From the IMG/VR virus record IMGVR_UViG_2724679223_000002, positions 1 through 64,000 of that record: a DNA stretch of 64,000 bases. One strand, 5' to 3'. Below the pieces are notes generated by a model. That model did no database searches and was not told the origin of the DNA. It worked only from the letters and a program-made list of their open reading frames with translations. Below, piece after piece: positions 1 to 10,033 of the stretch; the stretch's first letter is position 1, and each line of letters begins with the position of its first letter. Position numbers and translations under genes: made by a program. The stretch comes from a virus. Its lineage: Duplodnaviria; Caudoviricetes.

Positions 1-471
1 TTAAGGCTCTTTTTTTTCATCATAGGTATTCTGGGTAGGCTCGTCTTGTTGAAGCTGTTTAAATAGCTTTTTTATCGTAAAGGGAAACTTTATTCCCATT
101 TCTGCGAAGTTTTCTACAATACTAATCCCTTCTGTTCCTATGACGCTACATATTAGCAATACTTTAAAGGAAACAGGAGCTCCAAAAAAAGAAATTGGTA
201 TTTGTATGCTATTTTCTTCAAGAACTCTATCCAAAGCGGCTCCAATTAAGACAATAAATATATAAGAACATTTTTTTAAAAGACCTTTGTATCCTACTTT
301 AGAGGATAGTTGTCCTTTTAAGAAACTCCTGATATATCCAGTTGCATAGTCAGAAACCATGAAAATGAACATAGCTCCCAAAGTCCAATTCCAGCCACCT
401 AATAAAAATAGTAAATAGCCAAAACCGGTTATGAACATTTTTCCAATTCCAATTTCTTTCTCCATCTCCAT
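1..471 (-). CDS. Phage holin (family 4-like)
   Basis: Three hydrophobic segments; DYATG...SSKVGYKGLLKK and EGISIVEN motifs. Confidence 0.85.
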   Translation of the reverse strand: MEMEKEIGIGKMFITGFGYLLFLLGGWNWTLGAMFIFMVSDYATGYIRSFLKGQLSSKVGYKGLLKKCSYIFIVLIGAALDRVLEENSIQIPISFFGAPVSFKVLLICSVIGTEGISIVENFAEMGIKFPFTIKKLFKQLQQDEPTQNTYDEKKEP

Positions 472-484
472 CTCCCTCTTCCCC

Positions 485-934
485 TTATAATTTCAATATT
501 TCTTTCATTTTCTTATTATATTCTATAGCCTCTTCAGTATGATCTACAATAGCTTTTTCCATATAGCCTTCGTTTTGTAATTTCTTCTTCCACGCAGGCT
601 CTCCAAACATTCTTACAGCTCGATACATGGAGACTCTCTTATAACCTACCACTCCAAGCTCTTTCATAATATGATAAAAAATTTTATCTGCCCAATAGCG
701 ATTGATTCCAGTGACATTTAACTCTGAATACAAATAATCGTGGATTATTGCCGCTCTTGTATACTTCCCAAAAGGTGGGAAGAATACCCACAGCACTCTT
801 GGAACACTGGCTAAGTCTGTTATAAATCCTTTGGGGACAGCAATGATATAGCCATTGATTTCATACTTGTATTCTTCCCTTAAAATCCACTTTCTTTCGC
901 CCATTGGCTCAGTCAATAGCGGATTTAATTCCAT
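485..934 (-). CDS. DUF1353 domain protein
   Basis: VPKGFITDLASVPR and AAIIHDYLY motifs, lysis-module context. Confidence 0.85.
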   Translation of the reverse strand: MELNPLLTEPMGERKWILREEYKYEINGYIIAVPKGFITDLASVPRVLWVFFPPFGKYTRAAIIHDYLYSELNVTGINRYWADKIFYHIMKELGVVGYKRVSMYRAVRMFGEPAWKKKLQNEGYMEKAIVDHTEEAIEYNKKMKEILKL

Positions 935-943
935 TTTTCCCTC

Positions 944-1228
944 CTATATGTTTCTTTTCATTTTTTCGAAGACTGGCTGTAATTCTTTCACAACAGCTTC
1001 AATTGTAGTTTCATTGATGAAAATTCTCACATGAGATGGTAGCTTTGCTACGAATTCTTGAACTGCCTTTTTCTTCATGGCTCCTAAGCCTCGTCCTCTG
1101 ATAGTTGCCTCTGCTTTGATTGCCTCTTGCATTACAGCTTCTTTTCCTTTTTGCTTGTACAACAATACTCCATAAGCGATTCCTGCCACCACTGCTTCTC
1201 CAACTGCCAATAATACTTGTTTATCCAT
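944..1228 (-). CDS. Single-TM lysis-module protein (holin-like)
   Basis: N-terminal hydrophobic helix; start moved to ATG 1228 after AGGAGG. Confidence 0.5.
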   Translation of the reverse strand: MDKQVLLAVGEAVVAGIAYGVLLYKQKGKEAVMQEAIKAEATIRGRGLGAMKKKAVQEFVAKLPSHVRIFINETTIEAVVKELQPVFEKMKRNI

Positions 1229-1241
1229 TTGTATTCCTCCT

Positions 1242-1706
1242 TTATTTTTTAAATGCCACATTTCTAGCATTTTTTATTTGAAAATGAGCCCCTTCTCGAA
1301 AACTTTTCCAATTTCCTGCCCATTCAATTTCATATTTTTCAAGCAAACCTGCCTTTTCAGCTGTTTTGTAAATAGTTTCATAGTAATGAAAATCTTTCCA
1401 ACTGCCTTTGTAAACAGTCTTTCCATTTTCTTTTACTAACACTCCGATGTCTACTGCATAACCGTATCCATCTACCTTCTCTTGATGATTAGAACAGTAT
1501 TTGTACCCATCTGCATTGGTTATAATAGTTCCCGGTTTGCTTCGACCTTGCTCATATAGCTCAGCTTGCTCTTTTGCTGTTCTCATTCCACTCAAAATTT
1601 TAAAATCATAAGGAGTTATTTGAATAAGTTCTTTCATAAAAGCAATTAAATTCGGATGAACTTTATTCATTTTATCTAAGCTATTTTGACTAAAACTAAA
1701 TCCCAT
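1242..1706 (-). CDS. Endolysin, M15 family L-Ala-D-Glu peptidase
   Basis: RTAKEQAELYEQGR, SNH, AVDI, WAGNW...HFQ motifs; start 1706 after RBS. Confidence 0.85.
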   Translation of the reverse strand: MGFSFSQNSLDKMNKVHPNLIAFMKELIQITPYDFKILSGMRTAKEQAELYEQGRSKPGTIITNADGYKYCSNHQEKVDGYGYAVDIGVLVKENGKTVYKGSWKDFHYYETIYKTAEKAGLLEKYEIEWAGNWKSFREGAHFQIKNARNVAFKK

Positions 1707-1716
1707 AATGTTCCTC

Positions 1717-2397
1717 CTATTCCCATTTAATTTTCTCAATTTCTTTCACTGACTTACATGCTTGTAATTTCATAGATAATATCCCAAAATCTTGGAAAAT
1801 TTTGTCTTTTCGTTTTGTTCTTTCTTTCCAAACGTCAACAATTTGTTGAGCTGTAAATTCTTTGATAGAATTGTCAGCTAGTACCCAATTTTTTTTGTAA
1901 TTTTCATCAATTTCTCTAGTTCTAATCATCAGTCCAACATCATCAAAATTTTCTTTATCCGAATTTCTTACTTGAAAAACAGCCCCATATACTTCAATAT
2001 TTTCTTCTATTTTTTGATTTCTAATTTTTTTTAGTTCTTCTCTTTTTTGTTTTTTCACATCTTCTAATGTGATAAGCCCTTCTATAACTAATTCTTCTGT
2101 AGTTTTATCGACAATTTGATTATTTACGACTTTCTGATATTTTTTATCATAGTTATATATCACGTTATCTATAATAACTTCATTATCAGCTAATTCAATC
2201 TGTTTTCTAGCTAATTTTTCTTCTTCTGTTGCTTCTCGAATGCTATCAGTTTCTTCAAGAAATGTGATGAAGTGAGGAATATCCTCTCCAATAAATTCCA
2301 CATACTTTTTTTTATATTCTTCATTTCTTTTTTCTAATACTGCTTTTACTAATGTAATCCCTTTTTTTGCTTCTTCTCTGTCTAAGTATATATACAT
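1717..2397 (-). CDS. Tail fibre-associated protein, DUF4376 C-terminal domain
   Basis: WVLADNS...IKWE C-terminus; follows tail fibre; paralogous to 38583..39263. Confidence 0.7.
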   Translation of the reverse strand: MYIYLDREEAKKGITLVKAVLEKRNEEYKKKYVEFIGEDIPHFITFLEETDSIREATEEEKLARKQIELADNEVIIDNVIYNYDKKYQKVVNNQIVDKTTEELVIEGLITLEDVKKQKREELKKIRNQKIEENIEVYGAVFQVRNSDKENFDDVGLMIRTREIDENYKKNWVLADNSIKEFTAQQIVDVWKERTKRKDKIFQDFGILSMKLQACKSVKEIEKIKWE

Positions 2398-2408
2398 ACA
2401 TCTCCCTC

Positions 2409-3302
2409 CTAACTTAATCTTTTCCATATATTTACATTCATATAAGATGGCTTTATATCAAAAGCTTGTCCATTTCCTGAATAGCTAGCACTAGCCGAGT
2501 GGTTATGGTTTCCATTATAGTGAATCCCCGCAGCAGCAGCAGTTGTTGAGCCACTCCAAGTTCTAGAAGCATAAAAGTCAGCATTATTTCCACCATACCC
2601 TTCATTCCACTCTACCATACCACCAGAGTCCCCCTGTACACCTTTTTTTTGCCAGTAAGCAAATGCTCCAGTCATACTTCCTGCAACAATCAAACCACCT
2701 ACAGTTCCTGTTATTTCCATAGAGCCTCTGCTGTGTGCGTGTGCATCTTGTGAGTGTGTGTGGTTCCCCCCTGCAGCGATAGATATTGCGTGTGTATGAG
2801 ATGGCATATTAGCAACACTTAATACTTTTGTGTCACTTCCCCCTGTCGTTCCAGTGTTTTCCCCTGTCTTTGTTGCTCTCAAAAATTTTCCTTCTATCTT
2901 TTCCCAAGTTGTCCCTACCCAAAGTAAAGCTGGGTTTGAATTGTTTGTTGTTGTATAGATATCCCCAACTTTGTAAGGGCATTTATCTAAAGAATTTATA
3001 ATTCTCAATAAATCTTCGTAAAGTTGATTACTCCCTTTTGTGTCTAAAAGAAAAGAGGAATCATTTTTTTTATATTCATTTGTTTTCTCTAAATTTCCCC
3101 CACTTTTCCAATCAACCTTTGGTTCTTTACTCTCTGCTAATTTTTTTAGTGCAACTAAATAATCTTCTAATTTATCAAAAGATTCTTTTAACCATGGTCG
3201 GAACTCCCCTTTCGCAGATGCTTTGTAAAGTGGTAATTTTATTTCTTCTGATACTTTTTCTACATTTTCTCGATTCTGAGGATCTTCTATCCAATTTGCC
3301 AT
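2409..3302 (-). CDS. Tail fibre
   Basis: PYKVGDIY...NP...GTTWEKI, repeated HxH motifs, Gly-rich tip, IWKRLS end. Confidence 0.8.
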   Translation of the reverse strand: MANWIEDPQNRENVEKVSEEIKLPLYKASAKGEFRPWLKESFDKLEDYLVALKKLAESKEPKVDWKSGGNLEKTNEYKKNDSSFLLDTKGSNQLYEDLLRIINSLDKCPYKVGDIYTTTNNSNPALLWVGTTWEKIEGKFLRATKTGENTGTTGGSDTKVLSVANMPSHTHAISIAAGGNHTHSQDAHAHSRGSMEITGTVGGLIVAGSMTGAFAYWQKKGVQGDSGGMVEWNEGYGGNNADFYASRTWSGSTTAAAAGIHYNGNHNHSASASYSGNGQAFDIKPSYMNVNIWKRLS

Positions 3303-3305
3303 TTT

Positions 3306-3833
3306 TTACCTCCTAGCAAGTGTTATTCTTGCTATTTCTGTTAATGTCATTTTTTCTAATTCTATAAGAGTGTAGTCTTCTACATATATTTCAAAATCTA
3401 CTTGTAATCCTACTCCTGCTGCTTTTAGTCTTTTTATATTTTTTAGAACTTCAGACTTACTAATCGTATCTGGAATTTTGATGACAATTTTCCCTGACAA
3501 TTCTGTCAGAATAAAGTTTTCAATCGGAATATCATAATATTCTGACAAAATCCGCCTGATTTCATAAGGGCTTCCTAAAAAATTAAAGCTTGGTATCTCG
3601 AACTTTAGAACTTTTCTATACTCTTCATCTGTTCTTCCTAACCTCGCTATTTTAAAATTCCCTCCAAGTACATCTAGCATGTGTCCTTTTGATTTTTCTA
3701 AATCATTAAAATATCTTAATTCTTGCCACATATTCACAACATTGATATGTTTCTGCTTTAAGATTTCAAAGAGTTTTCGAACATACTTCGTATCATGATA
3801 AATGTGCGGTATCCTTGTTAAATTTAATTCCAT
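3306..3833 (-). CDS. Baseplate wedge protein (gpI/DUF2612-like)
   Basis: LDVLG...R...DEEYR and KAAGVG motifs; after baseplate J. Confidence 0.65.
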   Translation of the reverse strand: MELNLTRIPHIYHDTKYVRKLFEILKQKHINVVNMWQELRYFNDLEKSKGHMLDVLGGNFKIARLGRTDEEYRKVLKFEIPSFNFLGSPYEIRRILSEYYDIPIENFILTELSGKIVIKIPDTISKSEVLKNIKRLKAAGVGLQVDFEIYVEDYTLIELEKMTLTEIARITLARR

Positions 3834-4976
3834 CTAACTCACCTCAGCCGATACCGTTATATTTTCCGCTTGCACAACTGCAATTTCTTTTTTCTTTAGT
3901 GAATAATCTGATGTAGACATAGAATAATAAGAATCTCCTAACTTGATTTGAATCGTCTTAATTCCTCCTGTTGCTTTGTAGATTTCCCCAAGAATTTTGT
4001 AAAGATAAATTGTGCCCTGCGGCTCGATTGTGTCGATATAATCTTGTACAATTTTCTTGATTTTTTCTACATATTCTTGAAGCCACAAATCCCGAATTGC
4101 TGTAATTGAGATATTGACATAAATCTGTTTTTCGATTGCTCTTGAAAATCCAACGGTAATATCATCAAAGTTCTTTGTGATATCCCCAACGGTTCGTATT
4201 CCTGCTAACTTGTATTCATATAAAGCTTGTAAGATATTTTCATTCGTATCGCCTAAACAAACTGCCTCATACGCATGTGGCAATCTTCCATCTGAGTCAG
4301 TTAAGTCAGTATCATTCTCGATTACTTGACACTTTTGAACGTTTGTATTTTCTAAAATATAGTTCTTAATCCCTTCTGTCGTGAAAGAACTCTTTCTATC
4401 TATTCTCTTCAAATATCGCTCCCTTAGCTCCGTATCCGTTTCTTTGTCTCTTCCCCCCACAGCTGGAAGGGTATTTATAATATTGGTTATTCCAGAAATA
4501 ATGCTTGTCATTTTCGTAATCTGCCCGACATTCACATTATTTTCCTTCCCAGCGTTCAAGGAAATGACATCCAATTCTGTCTTACCTTTTTGAATTTTTA
4601 AATCTTCAGCGTTTAAAGTTACAAACTTTTTCCCATCCACCGTTTCCACTCCCCAAGCCTGTGGGATTGTGGTTTCTGTAGATGCTGTTATTTGGATCCG
4701 GCTTTTTGCTCTAGTCGCTTCTAGCCAAGTCATATTCAGATGACTCGTGACAGTATTTAAACCACTTCCTACCGCCGTATATACATTCAGATTGTTGTAT
4801 ACAGATAAGCCTTCCAAATAAGCATCGTACTCTTCCGCCGCATCAAATTTTAAAAGAGGGATAATCACATTACTGTCAGTTTCTCGAATGTTTGGCTTTA
4901 CAGTTTTGAATTCTGCCAATTTTCGTTGATAAATTTCTTCTAAAGTCGGAATAACAAAGCCTTTTTCTGTTATCAT
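3834..4976 (-). CDS. Baseplate J/gp47 family protein
   Basis: GGRDKETDTELRER motif; start 4976 after RBS. Confidence 0.85.
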   Translation of the reverse strand: MITEKGFVIPTLEEIYQRKLAEFKTVKPNIRETDSNVIIPLLKFDAAEEYDAYLEGLSVYNNLNVYTAVGSGLNTVTSHLNMTWLEATRAKSRIQITASTETTIPQAWGVETVDGKKFVTLNAEDLKIQKGKTELDVISLNAGKENNVNVGQITKMTSIISGITNIINTLPAVGGRDKETDTELRERYLKRIDRKSSFTTEGIKNYILENTNVQKCQVIENDTDLTDSDGRLPHAYEAVCLGDTNENILQALYEYKLAGIRTVGDITKNFDDITVGFSRAIEKQIYVNISITAIRDLWLQEYVEKIKKIVQDYIDTIEPQGTIYLYKILGEIYKATGGIKTIQIKLGDSYYSMSTSDYSLKKKEIAVVQAENITVSAEVS

Positions 4977-5311
4977 AATGTGTACACCTCCCCTTTTATC
5001 CATATTTTTGCTACTATCTCATTATTTACAAAATCAATGCTTTCTATCTTATCAATCTCGTATTTTGAAATTGTTTTTATTAGTTCTTGAAGGATCCTTG
5101 AATGATTGTTTTTCACTTGTAAAATTCCAGTATTTTTTTTATTCAAATAAGGAACTCCGTATAGGGTATTCAATGCCCATTGTTCCTTATTTTGCTCTAA
5201 CTCAACTCGAATAGCTTGGATAATGTCCTCTGTGCTCTCTACAAGTTCACAAACGCCATTTTCATCGAATAGGATGTCACAATCTTTATCTAGTTTAATA
5301 CTTGTTGCCAT
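4973..5311 (-). CDS. Baseplate gp25/gp46-like sheath initiator
   Basis: QAIRVEL...W..NT.YGVPY pattern; position between spike and J. Confidence 0.6.
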   Translation of the reverse strand: MATSIKLDKDCDILFDENGVCELVESTEDIIQAIRVELEQNKEQWALNTLYGVPYLNKKNTGILQVKNNHSRILQELIKTISKYEIDKIESIDFVNNEIVAKIWIKGEVYTL

Positions 5312-5319
5312 ATTGCCTC

Positions 5320-5967
5320 CTAACTAGCCGGATCCGTTTGTGTACTTGGATCTCCACCAGGTTTGTATCCATGTGTATGGTTCTTTAGACTAATGCCTCC
5401 ACCTGTCACATCTTTACTAGCACCAACGCTTCCTTCTACCGATACATTTCCGCTTTGTGTAGTATTCCCTGTCTGCGTTGTATTTCCATTATGTGTCAAA
5501 TCACCATTCAGAGTCAGATTGCTATTGATTGTCATCTCATTAGCCCCGGTCGTGATGATGATTTCTCCATTTCCTTTGATTTCTATCCTAGTTCCCTTTC
5601 CTTCGAGAATGATGTCTTCGCTATTGCTTTCATAATCCCCTTCACAAGAACCTATGATATATGGCTCGTTCAGGCTAAACCTCTCCAAACTCGTATCTTC
5701 TGACAAAGTAGCTTCAGAAAATCCAACCCAAACTTTATCTCCAGCTTTTCGAGGGAACTGAAACTTCCAACCACCGAACTTCAAGAAATCTAATTTTACA
5801 TCAATCAAAGGTGGATATGACATCACTTGTCCGCATAGCTCCCTCTTGGGAATAATTTGCACTGTACAGGTCCCCGCCGCATAGTTGATTTCTGTAATCG
5901 TAGCTGGTAAGGATGTATGGATTTCATTATTCGCATCTTGTATCATTGCTTGTACAAATTCAATCAT
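5320..5967 (-). CDS. Baseplate spike (Gp138/gpV-like)
   Basis: OB-fold-like N-terminus, beta-helix repeats (GNTTQT), GISLKNHTH apex. Confidence 0.85.
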   Translation of the reverse strand: MIEFVQAMIQDANNEIHTSLPATITEINYAAGTCTVQIIPKRELCGQVMSYPPLIDVKLDFLKFGGWKFQFPRKAGDKVWVGFSEATLSEDTSLERFSLNEPYIIGSCEGDYESNSEDIILEGKGTRIEIKGNGEIIITTGANEMTINSNLTLNGDLTHNGNTTQTGNTTQSGNVSVEGSVGASKDVTGGGISLKNHTHGYKPGGDPSTQTDPAS

Positions 5968-6821
5968 TCCACGACCTCCAACATTGCATTCACGGAGAAA
6001 TTAAAAACATCTCCGGCTACATAGTTACATTCTTTCACAATGCCTTTTCCATTCCACAAGGTCGATTCTACTTCAATGAGTTGCCCAATCTTCACAATTG
6101 GAATAAGAAAGGCTTCTATACTGTATTTTGGCTTTTCTTTTTTCTTACTACTTTCCTTTTTTGCTTTTTTGCTATCTTTCTTTTCTTTTTCCGCTTCCGC
6201 TTTTTCTTCTTTTTTGTCTACCCGGACTAAGCCCTGTTCACTTCCTAATTTCAAGACATTGCTGTAAGCCTTCCCGGGCTTTTTCAATTCAATCGTGCTA
6301 TCTGTAAATCTTGCAATCGTTCCCGTATCTTTTGCGAGTACGGAAATAACATTAGATAGGCGATTGGAGAAAGCTTTTCCATTGGGATATGTCGTATCTT
6401 TCCCAAGCTCTTTTATATCAATTTTAAAAGGAACTTGTTTTTCCAACTGCTTCAATATTTCACTTGCTTTGATACCTGCCTTGAACTGCATGTTGATTGG
6501 AGTGTTCGTGTAAGCCCTATTGTTAGGACTTGCAGTAATAGTCGTTACCATGTCATTTTCATTCCGATTGGTACTCACGCTTTCCACAATCCCGGCGAAA
6601 ATCACTCCGTGAAGTTCTCGATAGCCTGCATCAATCGTGACAGCTTGATTCGCTTGTATCTTATTTTTCGTGGTTTCTGATAGGTTATATATCCGAATCG
6701 TAGCTGTATCGGACTTATTATCATCCGTACACTTTACATCAAATTCCACGTCTAAATCTTCATAGTCAAAGATTAAGCCACCGACTGTAATAATCCGTAC
6801 TTGTTTCCATAGCTTTGCCAT
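5964..6821 (-). CDS. Baseplate hub protein
   Basis: ATIRIYNLS...IDAGY...IFAG pattern; upstream of spike. Confidence 0.75.
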   Translation of the reverse strand: MAKLWKQVRIITVGGLIFDYEDLDVEFDVKCTDDNKSDTATIRIYNLSETTKNKIQANQAVTIDAGYRELHGVIFAGIVESVSTNRNENDMVTTITASPNNRAYTNTPINMQFKAGIKASEILKQLEKQVPFKIDIKELGKDTTYPNGKAFSNRLSNVISVLAKDTGTIARFTDSTIELKKPGKAYSNVLKLGSEQGLVRVDKKEEKAEAEKEKKDSKKAKKESSKKKEKPKYSIEAFLIPIVKIGQLIEVESTLWNGKGIVKECNYVAGDVFNFSVNAMLEVVE

Positions 6822-7141
6822 TACTCCTCCTCTCCAATCAAGAAAAACTTATAGTCTTGATTCAGGTTGCTTGGAGTAATCAAATCCTTTTCTTCCGCAT
6901 AATCATTGATTTTTATGCAACGAAGCTGGTAAGGAAGAGTATTCCAAGCTAAACTTAAGAAATCAACGTCAGGAACCAATCGGAAAAATCCTGTGATTCG
7001 ATTTTCGGCTCCGTCTAATACAGAAACATACATATGATGATCTATATTGCTATAAATCATATCTAGCTTCAGATTATTGCCGATGTCGGCAATAATCCCA
7101 TGCTCTTCAATTCCCGTCACATCAATTTCCAAAGCTTTCAT
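6821..7141 (-). CDS. Baseplate accessory protein
   Basis: Size and synteny only. Confidence 0.45.
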   Translation of the reverse strand: MKALEIDVTGIEEHGIIADIGNNLKLDMIYSNIDHHMYVSVLDGAENRITGFFRLVPDVDFLSLAWNTLPYQLRCIKINDYAEEKDLITPSNLNQDYKFFLIGEEE

Positions 7142-7156
7142 TTTTCCTCCTTCAGC

Positions 7157-7738
7157 TTAAAAAATATTTTTTAAGCCTGTTTTCTTTCTTTCCTTTTGTT
7201 TTTCTGCTATTTTCGTATTTTCTAAGCTTGTAGGAGATTTTACAGTCGCTGCTATTCTTTTCTTCTTTCCGCCCGTACTCCCTGCTTTTTTGTAATCTAC
7301 TTTACTATCTGTCGCTTTAATTTCTGCGACAGATATTTGTCGTAAAGTGATATAGTAAGTAAAACAGTTCTTTCTATCCGCTTGCTCCAATTCTTCAATA
7401 TTTTCAATGACTATGTTTTGATATAAATCCCTGCCTGAATAGTAAAATTCAATAGGTTCTCCTGCCTCTAGCATTTTTTCCAAACTCTGACGATTTAACA
7501 TATAGTCTTTGCTGTTATCAACTACAGTCAGTTGAAAAATAAGAGGCTCTTTTCTGACCGTATCTGAGATATTAAATCCTTTTTCCACTCGTCTATTCGT
7601 AACAGTCGCAGAAATACTACGAGATTTATCTGAAATAACATGAAGCTGTATCCCTCCTAGTAAAGATTTTTCTTTTATTCCAAGAAAATTTTTCACAAGA
7701 GAAGTCGCCTCTTGTTGCAATTGTCCCCATAAACTCAT
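7157..7738 (-). CDS. Tube initiator / baseplate protein
   Basis: VTNRRVEKGFNISD motif; directly after tape measure. Confidence 0.6.
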   Translation of the reverse strand: MSLWGQLQQEATSLVKNFLGIKEKSLLGGIQLHVISDKSRSISATVTNRRVEKGFNISDTVRKEPLIFQLTVVDNSKDYMLNRQSLEKMLEAGEPIEFYYSGRDLYQNIVIENIEELEQADRKNCFTYYITLRQISVAEIKATDSKVDYKKAGSTGGKKKRIAATVKSPTSLENTKIAEKQKERKKTGLKNIF

Positions 7739-7739
7739 A

Positions 7740-9437
7740 TTAAGCCTCCAATCCGGCTAGACTAAAGTTTCCGCCTACTTGAGCTTTCCACTTTTGCTCT
7801 TTTTCTTTTTCATTTTGCTTGATTTTTTGTTCTATTTGTTCTGCTATCTTCTTTGCATCTGTCGCTTCATAAATATTGAAGACTTGCTTAGATTTGTCTG
7901 TATAATTTGGTGGTACTTGATTTTCTTTTTTTAATCGCACAGACGGTTTTTCTAGCATTTGAGCCACCTTTTCTATATCATTTTTTGGAAGTCTTGCAGT
8001 ATTCAACAAACTTGCTGTTTCTTGAAATTCTTTCTGTCTTTTTTCTTGAAGTCCAGCTTGATAACGATGTTGAATATCTGTCATGTTATCCGCTGCATAA
8101 TTCAAAGTCCCCCATCCGTGTTTGATATTTTGTATCCCACCATTATTAAATTCTTCTAAATGATCATGAATCGAGTCTGGATCTATCATGATGTTCCCTG
8201 TTAATTTTATAACATCCCAACCAGTCCGAAGAGCTCCAAAGACCATTTCTGCAATTCCAATTCCCCCTCGCATAATTTCAAAGAAATTTTCAAGAGTAGC
8301 AGTCAAAAACCCAATTTTTTCAGTTGCCTGATCGCTTGGGCTAATCAAATCATGCCAAAAATCATGTATTTCTTTTCTTAAGTCATCGAATTTATAATCT
8401 GCTCCTGTAAATGCAAAAATTGCATTCATAGCATCTTCCGTAAAACTTTCTTTCCCTTGAAACGCTCCAAATATGTCTTCAATGACTAAGAAAGCCCCTG
8501 CAATTGGGAATTTGCTAATTAAGAAAAATCCGGTCAACAACTTGATAGTATCTCTAGCTTCTTGTGGCATTGCCCTGAATGTATCAAAGATTCCGCTTAT
8601 TGTTGTAATCACAGTATCTACAATTCCGGTTCCTGTTTTTACAATGCCTCCCAAAAAATTTTGAAGCCATTCTGTATTGTCTGCCATCATAGACCAGAAC
8701 TCTCCACGAGTTTCTCTCATTAACCCTCCAACATATTCATATACATCTCCAATTCTGTTTTGCGCAGAAAGAATTTTTCCTTCCGGAGTTTTGAGAAATT
8801 CCGCATTTTGCTCTCCAACGTTCATTTTTACTGCTTCCACCAAAGCCGCTACTTTTTCTTCCTGTTTCCCGGTTTTTATCATTTTTTCTTGATATTCCGT
8901 TAGAGTAATCCCTGCTTTTTGTAGGATACCCGTTTGCCCCAAGAGCCCTTTGGCTAGCATATTTGCCACTCCTACAGCATCTTGTCCCGTTCCTTTCAAG
9001 CCTTTTTGTTGCACGATGACATCTTGCATAGCAGGCATTAACTTCTTCAAACTTTCTTCCGTTAAGTTATATGTCGCTAACTGTTGAGCTCCTGCCAACG
9101 TCACTTCATCCCCTACGACTCCAACTTTTTGAAGTTCAGAAGCATAGCTTTTGATACTTTCAATTTGCTCATCTCTGAAATTTTGTCCTTTCAGAGTAGA
9201 ATATAGTTTCGTTTCTTGCTCAATTTGAAAGTTACTCGCTTCAATCGCTTTATTGTATTGGGCAATTAAAGTGTTGACTGTAAAATACCCTGCCGCCATT
9301 TTGAATAAGCCGCTGTCTGTGAAAGATTTTAGTGAAGAAAGGGAGCTTTTTACTTTTTTAATTTGGGAATCGACTGCTTCAAAGCCTTTTCCCTTGAGAT
9401 AACTCATAATATCAATGCTTAACTTTCTAACTGCCAT
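7740..9437 (-). CDS. Tape measure protein
   Basis: 565 aa helical Ala/Gly-rich protein after the chaperone gene. Confidence 0.8.
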   Translation of the reverse strand: MAVRKLSIDIMSYLKGKGFEAVDSQIKKVKSSLSSLKSFTDSGLFKMAAGYFTVNTLIAQYNKAIEASNFQIEQETKLYSTLKGQNFRDEQIESIKSYASELQKVGVVGDEVTLAGAQQLATYNLTEESLKKLMPAMQDVIVQQKGLKGTGQDAVGVANMLAKGLLGQTGILQKAGITLTEYQEKMIKTGKQEEKVAALVEAVKMNVGEQNAEFLKTPEGKILSAQNRIGDVYEYVGGLMRETRGEFWSMMADNTEWLQNFLGGIVKTGTGIVDTVITTISGIFDTFRAMPQEARDTIKLLTGFFLISKFPIAGAFLVIEDIFGAFQGKESFTEDAMNAIFAFTGADYKFDDLRKEIHDFWHDLISPSDQATEKIGFLTATLENFFEIMRGGIGIAEMVFGALRTGWDVIKLTGNIMIDPDSIHDHLEEFNNGGIQNIKHGWGTLNYAADNMTDIQHRYQAGLQEKRQKEFQETASLLNTARLPKNDIEKVAQMLEKPSVRLKKENQVPPNYTDKSKQVFNIYEATDAKKIAEQIEQKIKQNEKEKEQKWKAQVGGNFSLAGLEA

Positions 9438-9583
9438 ATCTTTCCTCCATATACTCCACTAACCTTTCAAAGTATCTTCGAAGCTGTGTTACAGTATAAT
9501 TTTCTACCGCTTCAAAGTTTTTTGTATATCCGCTCAGTGCCATCACCATATATTCCAATGCTTCGGCACTTTCTTGAATTCCA

Positions 9584-10033
9584 TTACAAGCTACGAAAGG
9601 TATCTCTTATTTTGATTAAGTAGATCATCTCCCCAACTTGTTTAAATACCTCTGCTCCCATATCCACAAGTTCTTTATACTTATACTCATTCACGTTTTT
9701 TCCTAGCTTTTGTAAGAATACTTCTGCCACATACGCTGTATTTGTCTTATTTTTCCCAAGTGAAACAAACAACTCTTGAGCCAAATACAAGTCTTTTTCG
9801 CCATCTTTGTTTTTTAAAGATAGCTCTAAATCTTTGTATTTTATCGTATCAGGAATATTCAGAAATTCTGTCATATCCGGATTTTCTCCTGCTGGATATT
9901 TTAATATCTCTTTGCAATACCCCACCAACTCTCTATCCTCAAACTTTTTTTCTAAGTCTAAGATATATTGTGTCGGTTGCTCTACTAATGTGATTTTATG
10001 CCCATTTATTTCTAATTCTTCTCGATTTTGCAT
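9584..10033 (-). CDS. Tail assembly chaperone (G); predicted +1 frameshift extension (GT) to 9427
   Basis: Between tube and tape measure; ACC TTT CGT at 9601-9593; +1 frame open to TAG 9429-9427. Confidence 0.7.
   Translation of the reverse strand: MQNREELEINGHKITLVEQPTQYILDLEKKFEDRELVGYCKEILKYPAGENPDMTEFLNIPDTIKYKDLELSLKNKDGEKDLYLAQELFVSLGKNKTNTAYVAEVFLQKLGKNVNEYKYKELVDMGAEVFKQVGEMIYLIKIRDTFRSL

Noticed and set aside
1717-3833. Mu Gin-type invertible tail-fibre cassette
   Set aside because: No serine invertase, no inverted second fibre and no flanking inverted repeats seen in the window
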